Position numbers and translations under genes: made by a program
Shown: positions 32,253-32,719 of the stretch, one piece after another
Position numbering within the stretch: the first letter of the stretch is position 1
Layout of the letters: each line of letters begins with the position of its first letter
The notes under the pieces: generated by a model
Seen by the model: the letters and a program-made list of their open reading frames with translations, nothing else
Told to the model about the DNA's origin: nothing
Database searches by the model: none
Source: Anaerolineae bacterium
GTDB taxonomy: Bacteria > Chloroflexota > Anaerolineae > DRVO01
NCBI GenBank assembly: GCA_012719195.1
Contig: JAAYAV010000389.1
Location: 1-32,719, forward strand
Reading direction: 5' to 3'
Length of the DNA: 32,719 nt

Positions 32253-32719
32253 GCAGCCGCATACGCTTCCGCAGCGTGGGTCTCAGCCGGGTTGCGCTCG
32301 GCACCGTACTGCTACTTGCCTTCGCCCTCCGGCTCTACCGACTGCCGCAACAGAGCCTTTCCTATGACGAGGCGGTTAGCAGCTATCTAGCCCACCTACC
32401 GCTACGCGAAATGCTGGCCTGGACGGCCGCGGACGTGCAGCCCCCGCTTTACTACCTGCTCCTCCAGGCCTGGACCGCAGTCGCGGGTGCGACCGAGTAC
32501 TCCCTGCGGTTCATCTCTGTCGCGCTCTCCCTGCTCGCGGTGACACTCGCCTACCGGTTGGCGCGCGGACTGGCCGGCACTCGGGGGACGGCATTGGCGG
32601 CAGCGCTTGTCGTCGCCGTTCACCCGTGGTACGTCTGGCACGCCCAAGACGCGCGCATGTACAGCCTGCTGTTCCTCGCCGGCCTGGCCGCCACCCTAGC
32701 GCTCTTGCGCTGGTCTCAA
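32249..32719 (+). CDS. Second GT39 (ArnT/PMT_2-like) GT-C glycosyltransferase, N-terminal fragment (continues beyond the window)
   Basis: Not in the ORF track because there is no stop in the window. My translation from the ATG at 32249 is MSSRIRFRSVGLSRVALGTVLLLAFALRLYRLPQQSLSYDEAVSSYLAHLPLREMLAWTAADVQPPLYYLLLQAWTAVAG... It aligns closely with the N-terminus of the 4447 gene. The ATG overlaps the upstream stop (ATGA). Confidence 0.8.
   Translation, partial: MSSRIRFRSVGLSRVALGTVLLLAFALRLYRLPQQSLSYDEAVSSYLAHLPLREMLAWTAADVQPPLYYLLLQAWTAVAGATEYSLRFISVALSLLAVTLAYRLARGLAGTRGTALAAALVVAVHPWYVWHAQDARMYSLLFLAGLAATLALLRWSQ

Noticed and set aside
1-32719. Scan for CRISPR arrays, tRNA/rRNA genes, IS elements and long direct repeats
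   Set aside because: The intergenic spaces are short, with the longest being the T-box leader. None shows cloverleaf-like, repeat-spacer or terminal-inverted-repeat structure by eye. A computational scan (tRNAscan, Infernal, repeat finder) would be needed to exclude small elements rigorously.

Overview
Very GC-rich bacterial chromosomal window. All calls come from reading the supplied ORF translations and the DNA by eye; no searches were run. T-box control of ileS, short-leader promoters, many GT-C glycosyltransferases and a DinG-exonuclease fusion suggest a Chloroflexota- or Actinomycetota-like organism, but this is not provable here. I support about 27 protein-coding genes.

Gene order:
- Histidine kinase 3' fragment, YprB-like exonuclease, secreted S8 protease.
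- An orphan 239-aa protein followed 5 nt later by a GT39/ArnT-like glycosyltransferase.
- Sugar-phosphate isomerase.
- dinG(exo-helicase)-efp-xseA-xseB.
- hypA-hypB-hypF (minus strand), with no hydrogenase or hypCDE in view.
- A tyrosine-recombinase homologue that has lost its catalytic residues.
- A minus-strand string ileS-lspA-rluD-DUF503-(LuxR HTH/TM/Kelch regulator), preceded by a clear Ile (AUC) T-box riboswitch with an intrinsic terminator.
- A class-I aminotransferase.
- A tightly coupled + strand envelope-glycan operon that runs off the window: LbH acetyltransferase, DegT aminotransferase, GtrB/ArnC-like GT2, GT4, UPF0104 flippase-like protein, DUF2079 protein, second GT39 paralogue.

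I saw no rRNA, tRNA, CRISPR array, transposase or prophage block. Most other long ORFs in the track are off-frame or antisense artefacts of GC-rich DNA.

Most interesting candidates:
- The Gtr/Arn-like glycosylation operon with two different GT-C-type proteins.
- The membrane-anchored LuxR-Kelch regulator.
- The catalytically dead recombinase sharing a 44-bp palindromic control region with hypA.
- The orphan Rad52/Sak-like protein.
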